From Planctomycetota bacterium (lineage in GTDB: Bacteria > Planctomycetota > JAJSAM01 > JAJVHW01): DNA of 64,000 nucleotides. How positions within the stretch are numbered: position 1 is the stretch's first letter; each line of letters opens with the position of its first letter. Shown one piece after another: positions 19,111 through 29,489 of the stretch. Below the pieces are notes generated by a model, which was given only the letters and a program-made list of their open reading frames with translations, made no database searches and was not told the DNA's origin. The stretch is from the NCBI GenBank assembly GCA_965248445.1, contig CBDFJG010000004.1, positions 1,184,001 through 1,248,000 of the forward strand, given 5' to 3'. Made by a program: the position numbers and the translations under genes.

Positions 19111-19444
19111 TAGCGGCGGAGAGGTGGCCGCCCGCGCGTTCTATGCGGGCGTGCTCGGCATGACCGAGGTCCCCAAGCCACCCGTGCTCGCAGCCTCGGG
19201 AGGCCTCTGGTTCGAGTCGGGCGAGCCGGGCTCGGCAGCGCGGCTGCACCTCGGGCTCGAGGCTGACTTCCGCCCAGCGCAGAAGGCACATCCGGCGGTC
19301 GTCGCGCACGACGTCGAGGCATGCCGCGCGGCTCTCGAGGCTGCCGGTCACGCGACCCGCGCCGATGATCGAATTCCTGAACGCGCGAGGTTCTACGTGA
19401 ACGACCCGTTCGGCAATCGCATCGAGGTGATGGCCGCGGAGTGA
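19111..19444 (+). pseudogene. 5'-truncated glyoxalase/VOC-family gene
   Basis: SGGEVAARAFYAGVLGMTEVPKP...LHLG...KAHPA...RFYVNDPFGNRIE; the N-terminal His-containing strand is missing, cut by the IS at CTAG. Confidence 0.8.
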
Positions 19445-19447
19445 GCC

Positions 19448-22400
19448 TCAGGAGACCAGGACGCCGCGCTCGAGCGCCTCGGTGCGGATCGCGCGATACA
19501 CGGGAACGCGCTCGGCCATAGGTGCTGCACGGCCCTCCGGCGCGTGGCGCAGCAGCTGATCGAGGATCGCCACCGCGCCCTGCAGTCGCTCGATGTCGCG
19601 CGTGGCGCGGTACAGATCGTAGTGCGCGGTGAGCGCGTCCGCGCGGGCCAGGCGAGGCTCCTCGTCGCGGAGCGCGGTCAGCGCCTCCGCGGCGTCCGCG
19701 CCAGGCAGGCGCGCCCGCGAGCACAAGTACTGCGCCAGCGTCGTGCGATCGCCCACCGCACGAATGAGCGCGACCGCCGCGTCGAAGTGCTCGGTCGCAT
19801 CGGCGATCCGGCCCTGGCTGGCCGTCACGCGGCCGAGTTTCCACTCGACCGATGCGGTCAGCGCCGTGTGTCCCCGCTCGCGGAACCAGTCCCTCGACGT
19901 TCCGAGCCGAGCTTCCGCGGCCCCGGCGTCTCCGCCCATGGCCTCCAGGCGAGCCAGATCGACGGCGGCGAGTTCACGGATCGTGGTGCCGGGCTCCATC
20001 GAAGCGAGCACGTGCCGGAGCAGCCGGCCGGCGCGCCGGCCGGCGCCGCAGAGCAACGCGATGTCGGCGCTCAGCAGCGCCGTCGCGCACTCGGCGAAGA
20101 CGACCTTGCGATCGCGTGCGGAACGGCGGGCCCGGTCGGCGTGACGCCAGGCATCGTCCAGCCTCCCCAGCACGAGGAACATCCGGCCCGCGTGATGATG
20201 GGCGCGCTCGGCGAGCGTCGGATCTCCGACCTCGTCGGCGATCGCGCGCATGTTCCGTAGCGCTTGCTCTGCGTCACTCACCCGCCCGGCCGCGAGATCG
20301 AGCTCCGCCAGGGAACCGAGGGCGTACCCCTCGCTGCGCGGGCGCTCGAGCGCACGGGCGATCCCGAGGGCGCGCTCGAGCCATGGCCGCGCGTCGGCAA
20401 GCCGACGGCGTTCCGTGAGCACGGCTCCGACGCTTGCCGCGCATTCCATCTCGCTGCGCCGGTCTCCGATCGTGCGCGACTCCGCTAGCAACTCGCGGTA
20501 GCGCTCCTCGGCGGCGTCCACGCGGCCGCGGAGCCACACCACGGACGCAGCGTCCAGTCGGGTCCTGAGGAGCGCACTCGGCGACGTCTCCGCGGGGGCT
20601 CCCTCGAGCACAGCCGCAAAGTAGTGCTCCGCATCCGCGTACTGGCCGCGCAACACCAGCTGCGTCGCCCTGCACGACTCGATCCTGCTGATCAGAGCAT
20701 CGTCACCGCACCTGCGCACCTGCGCGCCTGCTCGAGCGCACGGGCGAACGCGGCATCGGATGCGTCCAGATCGCCCTGCGCGCGGAGCACCTGACCCAAT
20801 GCGAGCACTGCGCGCGCGCCGGCATCCGCGTCCGCTTCGTCGGCCTGCGCAGCGAAGTGCACGGCGCTCTCGAGATCTATTCGCGCGTCGGAGAGGCGGC
20901 CCGCGACGAAGTGCATGCGGCCCCGCAGGGTGTGCGCCCGCGCGAGCCCGGCCGGATCCTCACGGCACTCAGCGACAGCAACTGCCTCGGATACGGCGTC
21001 GGCCTCGGCGTCCACCCGGCCGAGCTGGCGGTGGCACTCCGCCAGCAGCGTGAGCCATCGCAAGCGGGTCCGTCCGGCTCCCAGACGCGGCACGTCGAGC
21101 GCACGCCAGAGCAGCTTGGCGGCCGCTTCGAACCGGAAGACGTCGCGCAGACAACGCGCCGCCGAGTCGACGTACGGACCGGCTCTGTGAGGCGTCGCGC
21201 TCCGGACGTGGTGGTGTGCGAGGAATGCAGCCGCCTCGCCGGTCGCGCGCACCCGGCGACCGCGCTCCTCCCGGTGCCGCTCGTACGCACCGGCGAGTGC
21301 ACCGTGGATCTCGCGCCGCATGAGCGGGCCGAGTTGCTCGTGCAACGCGCGGCGAATCTGCTCGTGCTCGAACACGAAGTCGACGCCGTCACCTCGAACG
21401 ATCTGGGACGAGCGCTCGATGCGAGCGAGCTGCCGCAGCACCTCGACGCGTCCGAGGCCCACAACAGCTCCGACGAGCAGCGGATCGAAACGAGTAGCGA
21501 GGCACGCCGCGACGTCGAGCAATTCCCGGTCCTCGTCGGCGATGTCGGCCACGCGCGCCGCAATGAGGTCGCGCACTGTCTCGGGGATGCCGATGTCGCG
21601 AATGGTCGCGGTGCGCACCCAGCTTCCATCGGGGTCACGCACGATGGCGCCGCTCTCACGCAGCGACCGAAGGATCTCCAGCACGAACAACGGGTTGCCG
21701 TCGGAACGAACCAGCACGCGGTAGCCGATCTGCTCGGCGAGCGACTGCGAGTGCAATGACTCGACGAGCATGCGGCCGACGTCCTTGGGACCGAGCCGTG
21801 CAAGTTCGATCTGCTCCGCATGAGGATCGCGCTCGAACGACGGGAGCAGTTCCTCCGGCACTACGCGCCGCGACGTGTAGACGATGAGCACCGGCGCGTG
21901 ACGCACGGCTTGCCCGATCGCCTGTGCCACGAAACGGGTGGAGAGCGGAGCATTGTGGACGTCCTCGAGCACGAGGATCAGCGGCGCCTGCGCGGACGCT
22001 GCGGTCAGGACGTCGGCAACGACCGCCGCAACAGCGTCGCTGCTCGGCGTCGAGTCGTCATCGGGGACGGTGTCGCCCCGCAGCAGTGCCGCCACCGCGT
22101 GCAGCACGCGGCCACGTCCCGGCGCAAGACGGACGAGCGTGTCCACGTCGATGTGGGACCCGACGATCGTGGCAAGCGCTGCGCCGAGCGGCGCATACGC
22201 CGACGTCTGCCCGCCGCTCCATGCTCCCATCAGCCGGAGAACGGGGCGCGAATCCGCGCCCACGCCGTCGAGGAACTCGTCGATCACGCGCGTCTTCCCG
22301 ATTCCCGCTTCGCCGTGCAGGTAGATCACCGAGCGCTTGCCGCCGCGCGCCGTCTCGTAGGCATCCCAGAGACTCTGCATCACGACGTCCCGGCCGACCA

Positions 22401-23316
22401 GCGACGTGGATCGCGGGGTCCGCGGGCGGTACGTGGCGGAGCCCGCCGGAGACGCGTCCCGCGCGTTCGCCGCCCACCACGCCGACATCTCGGCCTGCTC
22501 CAGCACGCGGGCGAGCGTCTCCGAGGACTCGAATCGCCCAGACGGCTCCTTGGCGAGGAGCGCGCCCACGAGCCGCTGGAAGAACGGCGTCGACCGCGGC
22601 AGGACATCGGCAAGTTGCGGGGCGGGCTCGCTGAGGACGGCCGCGAGGCGCGTCGGCAGGTCCGGCGCATCGAACGGATGCACGCCGGTTGCGAGTTCGT
22701 AGGACAGCACACCGACGGCGAACAAGTCCGCGCGGCCGTCGATGTCCTCTCCCCGGATGTGCTCCGGCGCGGAGTATGCGAGCGAACCGACAAACTCAGA
22801 TCCGTCGTGGTCCTGGCCGCTGCCGGCCAGTCCAAGGTCCATCAACTTGACCTGGTTGTCCGACGTGACCAGCACGTTCTCCGGCTTGACGTCCCGGTGT
22901 ACGACACCCGCGGCGTGCAACGCAGCCAGGCCGCGCACCACCTCCAGAGCCACGTGGCGGCAGAGGTCCTCGGGCAGCCGCTCCAACTCGGTGAGCATGG
23001 CGCGTAGAGTCTGACCCTCGACGAGTTCCATCGCCAGGTAGCGCACGGGCCGCCCGTCGACATGCGCGACACCACCGCCGTACGTTCGAACGAGGTTGTC
23101 GTGGTGCACCGACGCGCCGAGGCGCACTTCGCGTTCGAAGCGCGCGATCACCGCGGGATCGTCCACGACCTCGTCACGCAGCACCTTGACGGCGATCCGC
23201 TCACCCCTCGGGACCGCGGCGCCGTCTCCCACGACGGTCGCGGCGTGGACGCGCGCCATCCCTCCCTCGCCGAGGAGTTCGTCCAGCCGGTACGGTCCGA
23301 GTCGTGAGCCTTGCAT
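19448..23316 (-). pseudogene. Ser/Thr kinase - STAND ATPase - TPR gene #3, split into ORFs 20692-23316 and 19448-20719 by an 8-bp duplication
   Basis: GEGGMA, HRDVKPEN, GEAGIGKT, LEDVH, GNPLF in the 5' ORF and TPRs in the 3' ORF. Removing one CGCACCTG at 20707-20722 fuses them in frame (LEQARRCGDDAL). Confidence 0.88.
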
Positions 23317-23412
23317 CAGGGCGCCTCGAGGTGGACCGCGGGCGCGGTCCTCCCCAATTCGGCATCGGCTTCCTGCAGGCTCGCGGCTGAGCCTGCAGGA
23401 CCGTTCGCCCGC

Positions 23413-25161
23413 TCAGACCGGGATCCGGAGGCGGAATCGGGCTCCGGGTCCGCCCTGCAGCAGCACGAGATCGCCGCCCAGTCGCCGGGCGAGTGCCCGG
23501 GAGAGTGGCAGTCCGAGCCCCACGCCCGGGGTGGCGCCGTCTGCCGTGTGCGCACCGCGATCGAACGGCTCGAAGACGGCATCGACCAATCGAGCGGGCA
23601 CTCCGCCCCCACCGTCGGAGACCTCGACCTCGAGCGCGCCGGTTGCGAGGCGCAGCACAACGGCCACGCGATTGGCTGCGGCCGGGCCGCCGTACTTGCA
23701 CGCGTTGTCGACGAGATTGCCGGCGATCCGCTGGAGGACATCCGGGTCCGTCGTGACCGGCGCGCCGCCGTCGCCCTGCACGTCGAACGCGAACGCTACC
23801 GCGTCCCGCTCCGAGCGGCGGCGGAGCACGGGCTCGATGCGTGCGGCCAGCGCGCCGAGCGTGCTGGCCTCGGCGCGAACGGGCGCCCCTCCTCGTTCCA
23901 CGCGCGCGTAGCCGAGCACGTTCTCCACGATGTTGGACAGGCGCTCCGCCTCGCCTCGCAGCGACTCGAGGTGTTCCTGACGGCGTGCCGGGTCCGGGAT
24001 CATGTCGTCGGCAAGGAGATCTGCGACCATGCGGAACGACGTCAGTGGCGTGCGCAACTCGTGCGTGACCGCCGACGCGAACCGGTCCCGGCGCTCGGCG
24101 TGCAAGAGGCTTGCGCGCACGCTGAACATGGATGCACCCAGTGCACTCAGCATGGCGAGCCACGCCAGCAGCACCGCCGCGCGGGACCAACTCATCGCCG
24201 GCGCAGACGGGATCGCGACCGGCGGAACAACCAGCTCGACCGGCACGGAGGCGAGCACCCGCCCGGTCGTGTCCGCCGCCACGCGGCTCTCCTCGACGGC
24301 TCGCAGCGAGACCCCGGGTAGCTCATCCCCGACCGTCTTGAGAAGCGCGCGCTGCAGTTCGTTCCAGTCGACGAGGAAGCCCTGCACCGCGGCGCGGCCA
24401 CCACGCCTGGCGCGGCGCACGATGGCGAGGCGCTCGCCGGGATCGCCGCCCAGCCAAACCGCGACGAACGGGCCGACCTCTGAGGCTGCGCTCGCGCTCT
24501 CGAGGTCCGGCCCGGCGTTCGCCACCTGGTACCGCATCCCCACGAGCTGCTGCCCGCGTTGCTGTTGCAGGTTGCGGTTCAGCGCGGATTGCCCATCCGC
24601 CACCAGCTGCGCGGGCTCCACGGAGATCGCATCTTCAAGCTCACCGAGCCGCGCGCAGAGATCCTCGTATCTCAGATGCTCGGCAAGTCCGCTCATGACG
24701 CGCGTGTTCTCGTCGATGAATTCCGGCGGCACCCTCTGCGACTCCGCCAAGTGGCGGAAGACGCCGACCTCCGGGGCCTGCGGCGACGTAGTCGTGTCGT
24801 CCGCGAAGACCTGGAAGTGCAGCCGCACGAGTGGCGATCGGAAGTTGGCCAGCGGCGAACGCTGCGTGACGCTCTGTGGGGTGTTCGGTCCCTCGTCCGC
24901 GGCGGACTCCACGAGATCTTCGAAAAACGTGGAGTAGTGCCGTGCCGGGCGAGCGGCCTCCGCCGCGATCCGCGCGGCGACCCAAGCGTCCATTCGCCAG
25001 AGCGCCAGGTGCACGTCGTCACTGCGCTGCTTCTCGACCTGTGCACGGATCGCCTCGCCCTCGAGGCGTGTGACCGCGTACGTGATCCAAGCGAGTGCGG
25101 CGACAACGCACAGCGCAGCCGTGGCGAAAACGACCCAGACCCGCCGGTGCGAGCGCATCAC
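23413..25161 (-). CDS. Membrane sensor histidine kinase
   Basis: Two TM segments; H-box VTHELRTPL; N-box NLVDNACKY; DGGGG; GVGLGL. Confidence 0.93.
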   Translation of the reverse strand: MMRSHRRVWVVFATAALCVVAALAWITYAVTRLEGEAIRAQVEKQRSDDVHLALWRMDAWVAARIAAEAARPARHYSTFFEDLVESAADEGPNTPQSVTQRSPLANFRSPLVRLHFQVFADDTTTSPQAPEVGVFRHLAESQRVPPEFIDENTRVMSGLAEHLRYEDLCARLGELEDAISVEPAQLVADGQSALNRNLQQQRGQQLVGMRYQVANAGPDLESASAASEVGPFVAVWLGGDPGERLAIVRRARRGGRAAVQGFLVDWNELQRALLKTVGDELPGVSLRAVEESRVAADTTGRVLASVPVELVVPPVAIPSAPAMSWSRAAVLLAWLAMLSALGASMFSVRASLLHAERRDRFASAVTHELRTPLTSFRMVADLLADDMIPDPARRQEHLESLRGEAERLSNIVENVLGYARVERGGAPVRAEASTLGALAARIEPVLRRRSERDAVAFAFDVQGDGGAPVTTDPDVLQRIAGNLVDNACKYGGPAAANRVAVVLRLATGALEVEVSDGGGGVPARLVDAVFEPFDRGAHTADGATPGVGLGLPLSRALARRLGGDLVLLQGGPGARFRLRIPV

Positions 25162-25862
25162 GCGGACTCCGTCGCCAGCATGTAGCCCTTACCACGCACC
25201 GTCACGACGACCTTCGGCTCGGACGGATCGTCGTCGAGCTTCTCACGCAGACGCGCGACGTGCACGTCGACGGTGCGTGTGCGGACCCCGCGGGGATCGA
25301 TGCCCCACACGGAGCGCAGGAGTTCGTCGCGAGACACGATGCGCCCCGGCGACGTCGCCAGGTAGCGCAGCAGCGATGCCTCGCGGTCCGACAGAGCGCG
25401 CCGCTCCCCGCCGGCGAGCGTCACCTCACGGCGCTCGAGATCGATCTCGCGGCCCGACACGCTCAAGCTGGAGACGTCCGTCGGCCGCGCGGGCGATCGG
25501 CGCATCACCGCCTCGACCCGCGCGAGCAACTCGCGGGCGCCAAAGGGCTTCACGACGTAGTCGTCCGCGCCGCCCTTCAATCCGGAGATGCAGTCTTCCT
25601 CGGCGCCCCGCGCGGTCACCATGATCACGGGCAGCGTCGGCTGCGACTTGCGCAGTTCGGCGAGTACCGCGAATCCGTCCATGCCGGGGAGCATGACGTC
25701 GAGCAGGACCAGATCGATTCCGCCGGAACGCGCGGCGGTCAGTCCCGCCGGGCCGTCCTCGCACTCCACGACGTCGTAGCCGGCGAACGACAGGGCATCC
25801 GCCGTCGCGCGACGGATCGCGCGATCGTCCTCGACCAACAGCACTCTCTGTTTCGCCATCAC
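25158..25862 (-). CDS. OmpR/PhoB-family response regulator
   Basis: LLVEDD, LLDVMLP, GADDYVVKPF; winged helix RTVDVHVARLREKL...TVRGKGY. Confidence 0.95.
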   Translation of the reverse strand: MMAKQRVLLVEDDRAIRRATADALSFAGYDVVECEDGPAGLTAARSGGIDLVLLDVMLPGMDGFAVLAELRKSQPTLPVIMVTARGAEEDCISGLKGGADDYVVKPFGARELLARVEAVMRRSPARPTDVSSLSVSGREIDLERREVTLAGGERRALSDREASLLRYLATSPGRIVSRDELLRSVWGIDPRGVRTRTVDVHVARLREKLDDDPSEPKVVVTVRGKGYMLATESA

Positions 25863-25906
25863 GTAGGAGTGTACGAGCGGTATCGGCCACCCGCTGCGTT
25901 CCGGCG

Positions 25907-25971
25907 GTAACGCTCACGTAACGGACCCGCGCGCTGTGAGCCTGCGAGGCACGCCGTTACGTCGGCGTTAC
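25907..25971. promoter_or_regulatory. Two oppositely oriented OmpR-type direct-repeat boxes
   Basis: GTAACG-N5-GTAACG (25907-25923) and CGTTAC-N5-CGTTAC (25955-25971), both with 11-bp period, in the divergent intergenic region. Confidence 0.7.
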
Positions 25972-26034
25972 CCCGCGACGGCGGCACCAGACGTAGTTTT
26001 CAGTGGTCGGACAAGCACACGAAGGAGATGCACG

Positions 26035-27183
26035 ATGAGACTGCTGAAGACACGCCGGATCGCCACACTGATCACCCTGACTCTGGTTGCCGGACTCGCC
26101 ACGGGTGTCCGTGCCGAGGAGGAGCCGGATCGGGCGAAGAAGATCCTCGAGCTCGGCGCCGAGTCCGTTCTCGAGAAGGCTCGCGACGACGCGGGTGCCG
26201 CTCCGGCGGACAACCCCAAGGTGCTGCCCGGACGCGTGAAGTGGCACAGGGACCAGGCCACCGCCGGTCGGGCGGCGCAGGTCTCGGGCAAGCCCGTGCT
26301 GGTGTTCCAGCTGCTCGGGCAGCTCGACGAGGAGTTCTGTTGAACGAACGCGCGCCTCGCGAGGGCCGTGTCGTTCTCGCACCCTGAGTTCGCGAAGTTC
26401 GTCCAGGACCGCTTCGAGCCGACCTGGGAGAGCGTCCGCGACGTTCCCCGCATCTCGATCGACTTCGGCGGCGTCGGCGGCGCGCGCAGACTCGAGCGCA
26501 CGTTGCACGGCAACATCGCAACGTTCGTCGTCCTGCCGGACGGCCTGGTCGCCGACGTCATCCCCGGCCTCTACGACCGTGAGACGTTCCGCGCCCGACT
26601 CACCGCGTCCGCCGACATGGCCGAGCGCATCGCGCGCCTGTCCCCGGAGCTGCGGGTCGATGCCGTGCGCAACCACCACAAGGCGGAACTGGCGCGGCTC
26701 ACCGCACCGGCCGCGACGATCACGGCGGATGTCAGGAAGCGTGTCGTCGAGCGTCCCGTCGAGCGCGCCGTTTCGACGGACACCCCGGAGGTGCCGCTCA
26801 CACCCGAAGCACTGGCCGCGCGGGCCGCAAGGCTCCGCATTCTGATGCGTTCGGTGAGCAAGTCGGGCATCGAGGATCTGATCCAGCCGATCGAGCCGTT
26901 GGACATGACGCGGACGGACTCGAAGTTCCGCATCGAGAAGCCGGTCGAGGCCGCCCTGCCTCGCTTGAACCCGCTGCACCCGGCGCCGGATCTCACGCGC
27001 GACACGGAGAACAACGAGAAGAACCGCCGGCCGGCCGTTCACCGGCTCCTCGCCGGGTACTCGCCGTTCACGGTCTCCGGTCTCTCCGGGCAGGTCTACG
27101 CGGAGATCCTCGGGACCGACCTGACCGACCCGTACCTGGGTCTGGGCGCGGCTCTGTTCGACACGTATCCGTTCGAGCGTTGA
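26035..27183 (+). CDS. Candidate secreted selenoprotein, SELENON-like thioredoxin fold (382 aa, Sec at codon 103 = TGA 26341-26343)
   Basis: AGGAG RBS and signal peptide. The ORFs ending at 26343 and starting at 26368 are in one frame: GKPVLVFQLLGQLDEEFC-TGA-TNARLARAVSFSHP. A hairpin follows the TGA. Confidence 0.75.
26341..26376 (+). promoter_or_regulatory. Putative bacterial SECIS hairpin
   Basis: TGA-AC-GAACG-CGCG-CCT-CGCG-AGG-GC-CGTG-T-CGTTC: GAACG/CGTTC, CGCG/CGTG and CCT/AGG pair; G at the second loop position. Confidence 0.5.
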
Positions 27184-27219
27184 AGCACAGCGTTCAAGAT
27201 CCGACAACGAGATCCACAC

Positions 27220-27250
27220 AGGGCCCGGCCGTCGGCCGGGCCCTCTCTCG
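27220..27250 (+). terminator. GC-rich hairpin, probable terminator
   Basis: agggcccggcc-gtc-ggccgggccct followed by a pyrimidine run. Confidence 0.6.
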
Positions 27251-27296
27251 TTGGCGTACACTCGCGCGCACCTGTGGAGGTCGGTGCCCCGGATGA

Positions 27297-29417
27297 GTGA
27301 AGAGAGTGAGTGACGAGAGACGGGACCCGCCGCGCGATCTGTCGGCCACGCGATCCCGTTGGACCGTGCGCGCTCTCGTGGCGCTGTTCGTGGGATACCA
27401 CCTGACGCTCTGCGTTCTCAAGTGGCGCGCGTACGGCTACGGAGACTTCGACCTCGCGATCTTCGATCAGGCGGTCTGGAACACGGCGCACCTGAACACA
27501 CCGTTCTCGACGTCGATCCGGTTCGGATCCGTCTTCGCCGATCACGTCCCGCTCATCCTGCTGGGCGCCGTCCCGATCTACTGGCTGCTCGGATGGCTGT
27601 TCCCGGGCGGCCTGATCCTGGTCGCCGTGCAGGCGATCGCCCTCGGCGTCGCAGCGTTCCCATTGCGCAGGCTCGGCAAACAGGCGGCCGGCAACCTGGC
27701 CGGCGTCGCCGTTGCGACCGCGTACCTGCTGCATCCGGCGACGGGCTACCTCGCCCTGTTCGAGTTCCACCCGGGCGCTCTCGCAGTGCCGTTCCTCTGC
27801 TGGAGCGTCTGGGAGTTGCACGCCGAGCGATTCCGCCGCTTCGTGCTGTTCCTCGTCCTCGCGCTCGCGTGCCGCGAGGACGTCGCGCTTCCCGTCGCAA
27901 TGCTCGGCGTGTACGCGCTCTACCGCGCCTGGCGGCTGAACACGCCTCTGCGGTCGTGGCCCGTGCTGCGCTGGGCGGTCGTGCCCGCATCGCTCGCCAT
28001 CGTGTGGTTCGCCGTGGCCGTCGGAGTCGTGATCCCGGCGGCGCAGCCGGAGGGCCAGCAGTCGGACACGACGCCGTTCGTGCAACTCTACGGCCATCTC
28101 GTGGATGGCGCAGACGGTCCAGTCTCGATGGGCGACGTGGCCGGCGCCGTGATCACCAGCCCGATCGCGAGCTTCGAACGATCGTCATCACTGCCGCACA
28201 AGCACGTTCGCGCCTACACGAAGCACCTGATCGCGCCGACGGCAGGGCTGGCGCTGCTGTCCCCTATCGCGTTGCTGCCCGCCCTGCCGACGTACGCGCT
28301 GAACGTGCTCTCCGGGAAGTCCGAGACGTCGTCGGTCTGCTACCAGTACACCGCGAACCTGCTGCCGTTCCTGTTCCTGGCGACGGCGCTGTCGCTCGGA
28401 TGGCTCGCCAAGCTCGGGCCGTTCCGTCGCGTGCCGCGCTTGGCACCGTGCGCGCTGATCCTCGTCGCGACGCTGTCGAACCTCACGTGGGGCAAGGCGT
28501 TCCGACCACTCACAGATCCGCTCGGTGTCGGGGAGGCCAATCCACCTCACCAGCTCTATCGCACGCAGTACCAGCGCAATCACACTCACGACGCGAAGGA
28601 CGCGCTCGTGGCGATGGTGCCCGACGACGCGTCTGTCGTCGCAACGTTCGACTTCCTGCACCGGCTCCCGATGCGCCAGGCGCTGCACTCCTGGCACTAC
28701 GTCCGCGTCGGTTTCGATCCGATCACCGGCGCGCCGCTCGAGACGCCCGACGTCGAGTACGCGCTGCTTGACCTGGCTGACCCGCTGACGGTCGGCTCGT
28801 TCGGCGACGGCGAGTCCGGCCGCCGCCAACGCGCGTACCTCCGCGACCTGTTTGTCGTCGCGCAGGCGGGCACTGCGGTCCTCCTGCGCCGAGGCCGCCG
28901 GGAGGGTGAGCTGTACGGGCATGACGTGACACCGCTCATCGCCACGACCCCGCGCACTCCGTCCACCGACGTGCTGGACTGGCAGCGCACCGGCCTGGCC
29001 ATCGGTCAGCTGAACGTCTCGAGTCTGTTCGAGAGGACCGACGGGAGGGGGCGCGTCGACGTCCGCGTCGAGTGGGCGGCGAGTCAGGCGATGCTCGACG
29101 GCGCAAGCGCCGCCACGGACGGATTCGCCCGCACGGCTCAACTCTGGCTGCACTTCCGGATCACACGCGACGACGACGTGGTGCACCGGTCCACCTGGCC
29201 GCTCGATCTCGGATTGCACCCGTTGTCGGAGTGGACGGGTTTCGAGCCGGTCGAGGGTCTGACGCACGACAGGTTCGTCGCCGCGCGCTACGCGTTGCTC
29301 CTCCCCCCCCGCCTCCCCCCCGGCCCGTTGCGGGGCCTGATGGAGATCTCACAGAGCGACGTGCCGACGGCCCCCGCCTTCGCGGGCGTGGATCTCGGCG
29401 AGTTCGAGGGTCGCTGA
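27297..29417 (+). CDS. DUF2079-type multi-pass membrane protein (GT-C-like)
   Basis: DLAIFDQAVWN, DH, FEFHP, CREDV motifs; many TM helices. Confidence 0.75.
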   Translation: MKRVSDERRDPPRDLSATRSRWTVRALVALFVGYHLTLCVLKWRAYGYGDFDLAIFDQAVWNTAHLNTPFSTSIRFGSVFADHVPLILLGAVPIYWLLGWLFPGGLILVAVQAIALGVAAFPLRRLGKQAAGNLAGVAVATAYLLHPATGYLALFEFHPGALAVPFLCWSVWELHAERFRRFVLFLVLALACREDVALPVAMLGVYALYRAWRLNTPLRSWPVLRWAVVPASLAIVWFAVAVGVVIPAAQPEGQQSDTTPFVQLYGHLVDGADGPVSMGDVAGAVITSPIASFERSSSLPHKHVRAYTKHLIAPTAGLALLSPIALLPALPTYALNVLSGKSETSSVCYQYTANLLPFLFLATALSLGWLAKLGPFRRVPRLAPCALILVATLSNLTWGKAFRPLTDPLGVGEANPPHQLYRTQYQRNHTHDAKDALVAMVPDDASVVATFDFLHRLPMRQALHSWHYVRVGFDPITGAPLETPDVEYALLDLADPLTVGSFGDGESGRRQRAYLRDLFVVAQAGTAVLLRRGRREGELYGHDVTPLIATTPRTPSTDVLDWQRTGLAIGQLNVSSLFERTDGRGRVDVRVEWAASQAMLDGASAATDGFARTAQLWLHFRITRDDDVVHRSTWPLDLGLHPLSEWTGFEPVEGLTHDRFVAARYALLLPPRLPPGPLRGLMEISQSDVPTAPAFAGVDLGEFEGR

Positions 29418-29489
29418 GGCTCGCAGGCGGCGTCATACGAACTCAGACACTGCGAATTCGCTGGACTGTCAGCGCGTTCGCGCCGAAGA

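Noticed and set aside
14091..19113. IS trimer as a pure assembly artefact
   Set aside because: The copies carry distinct clustered SNPs and exact CTAG junctions, though only long reads can exclude it.
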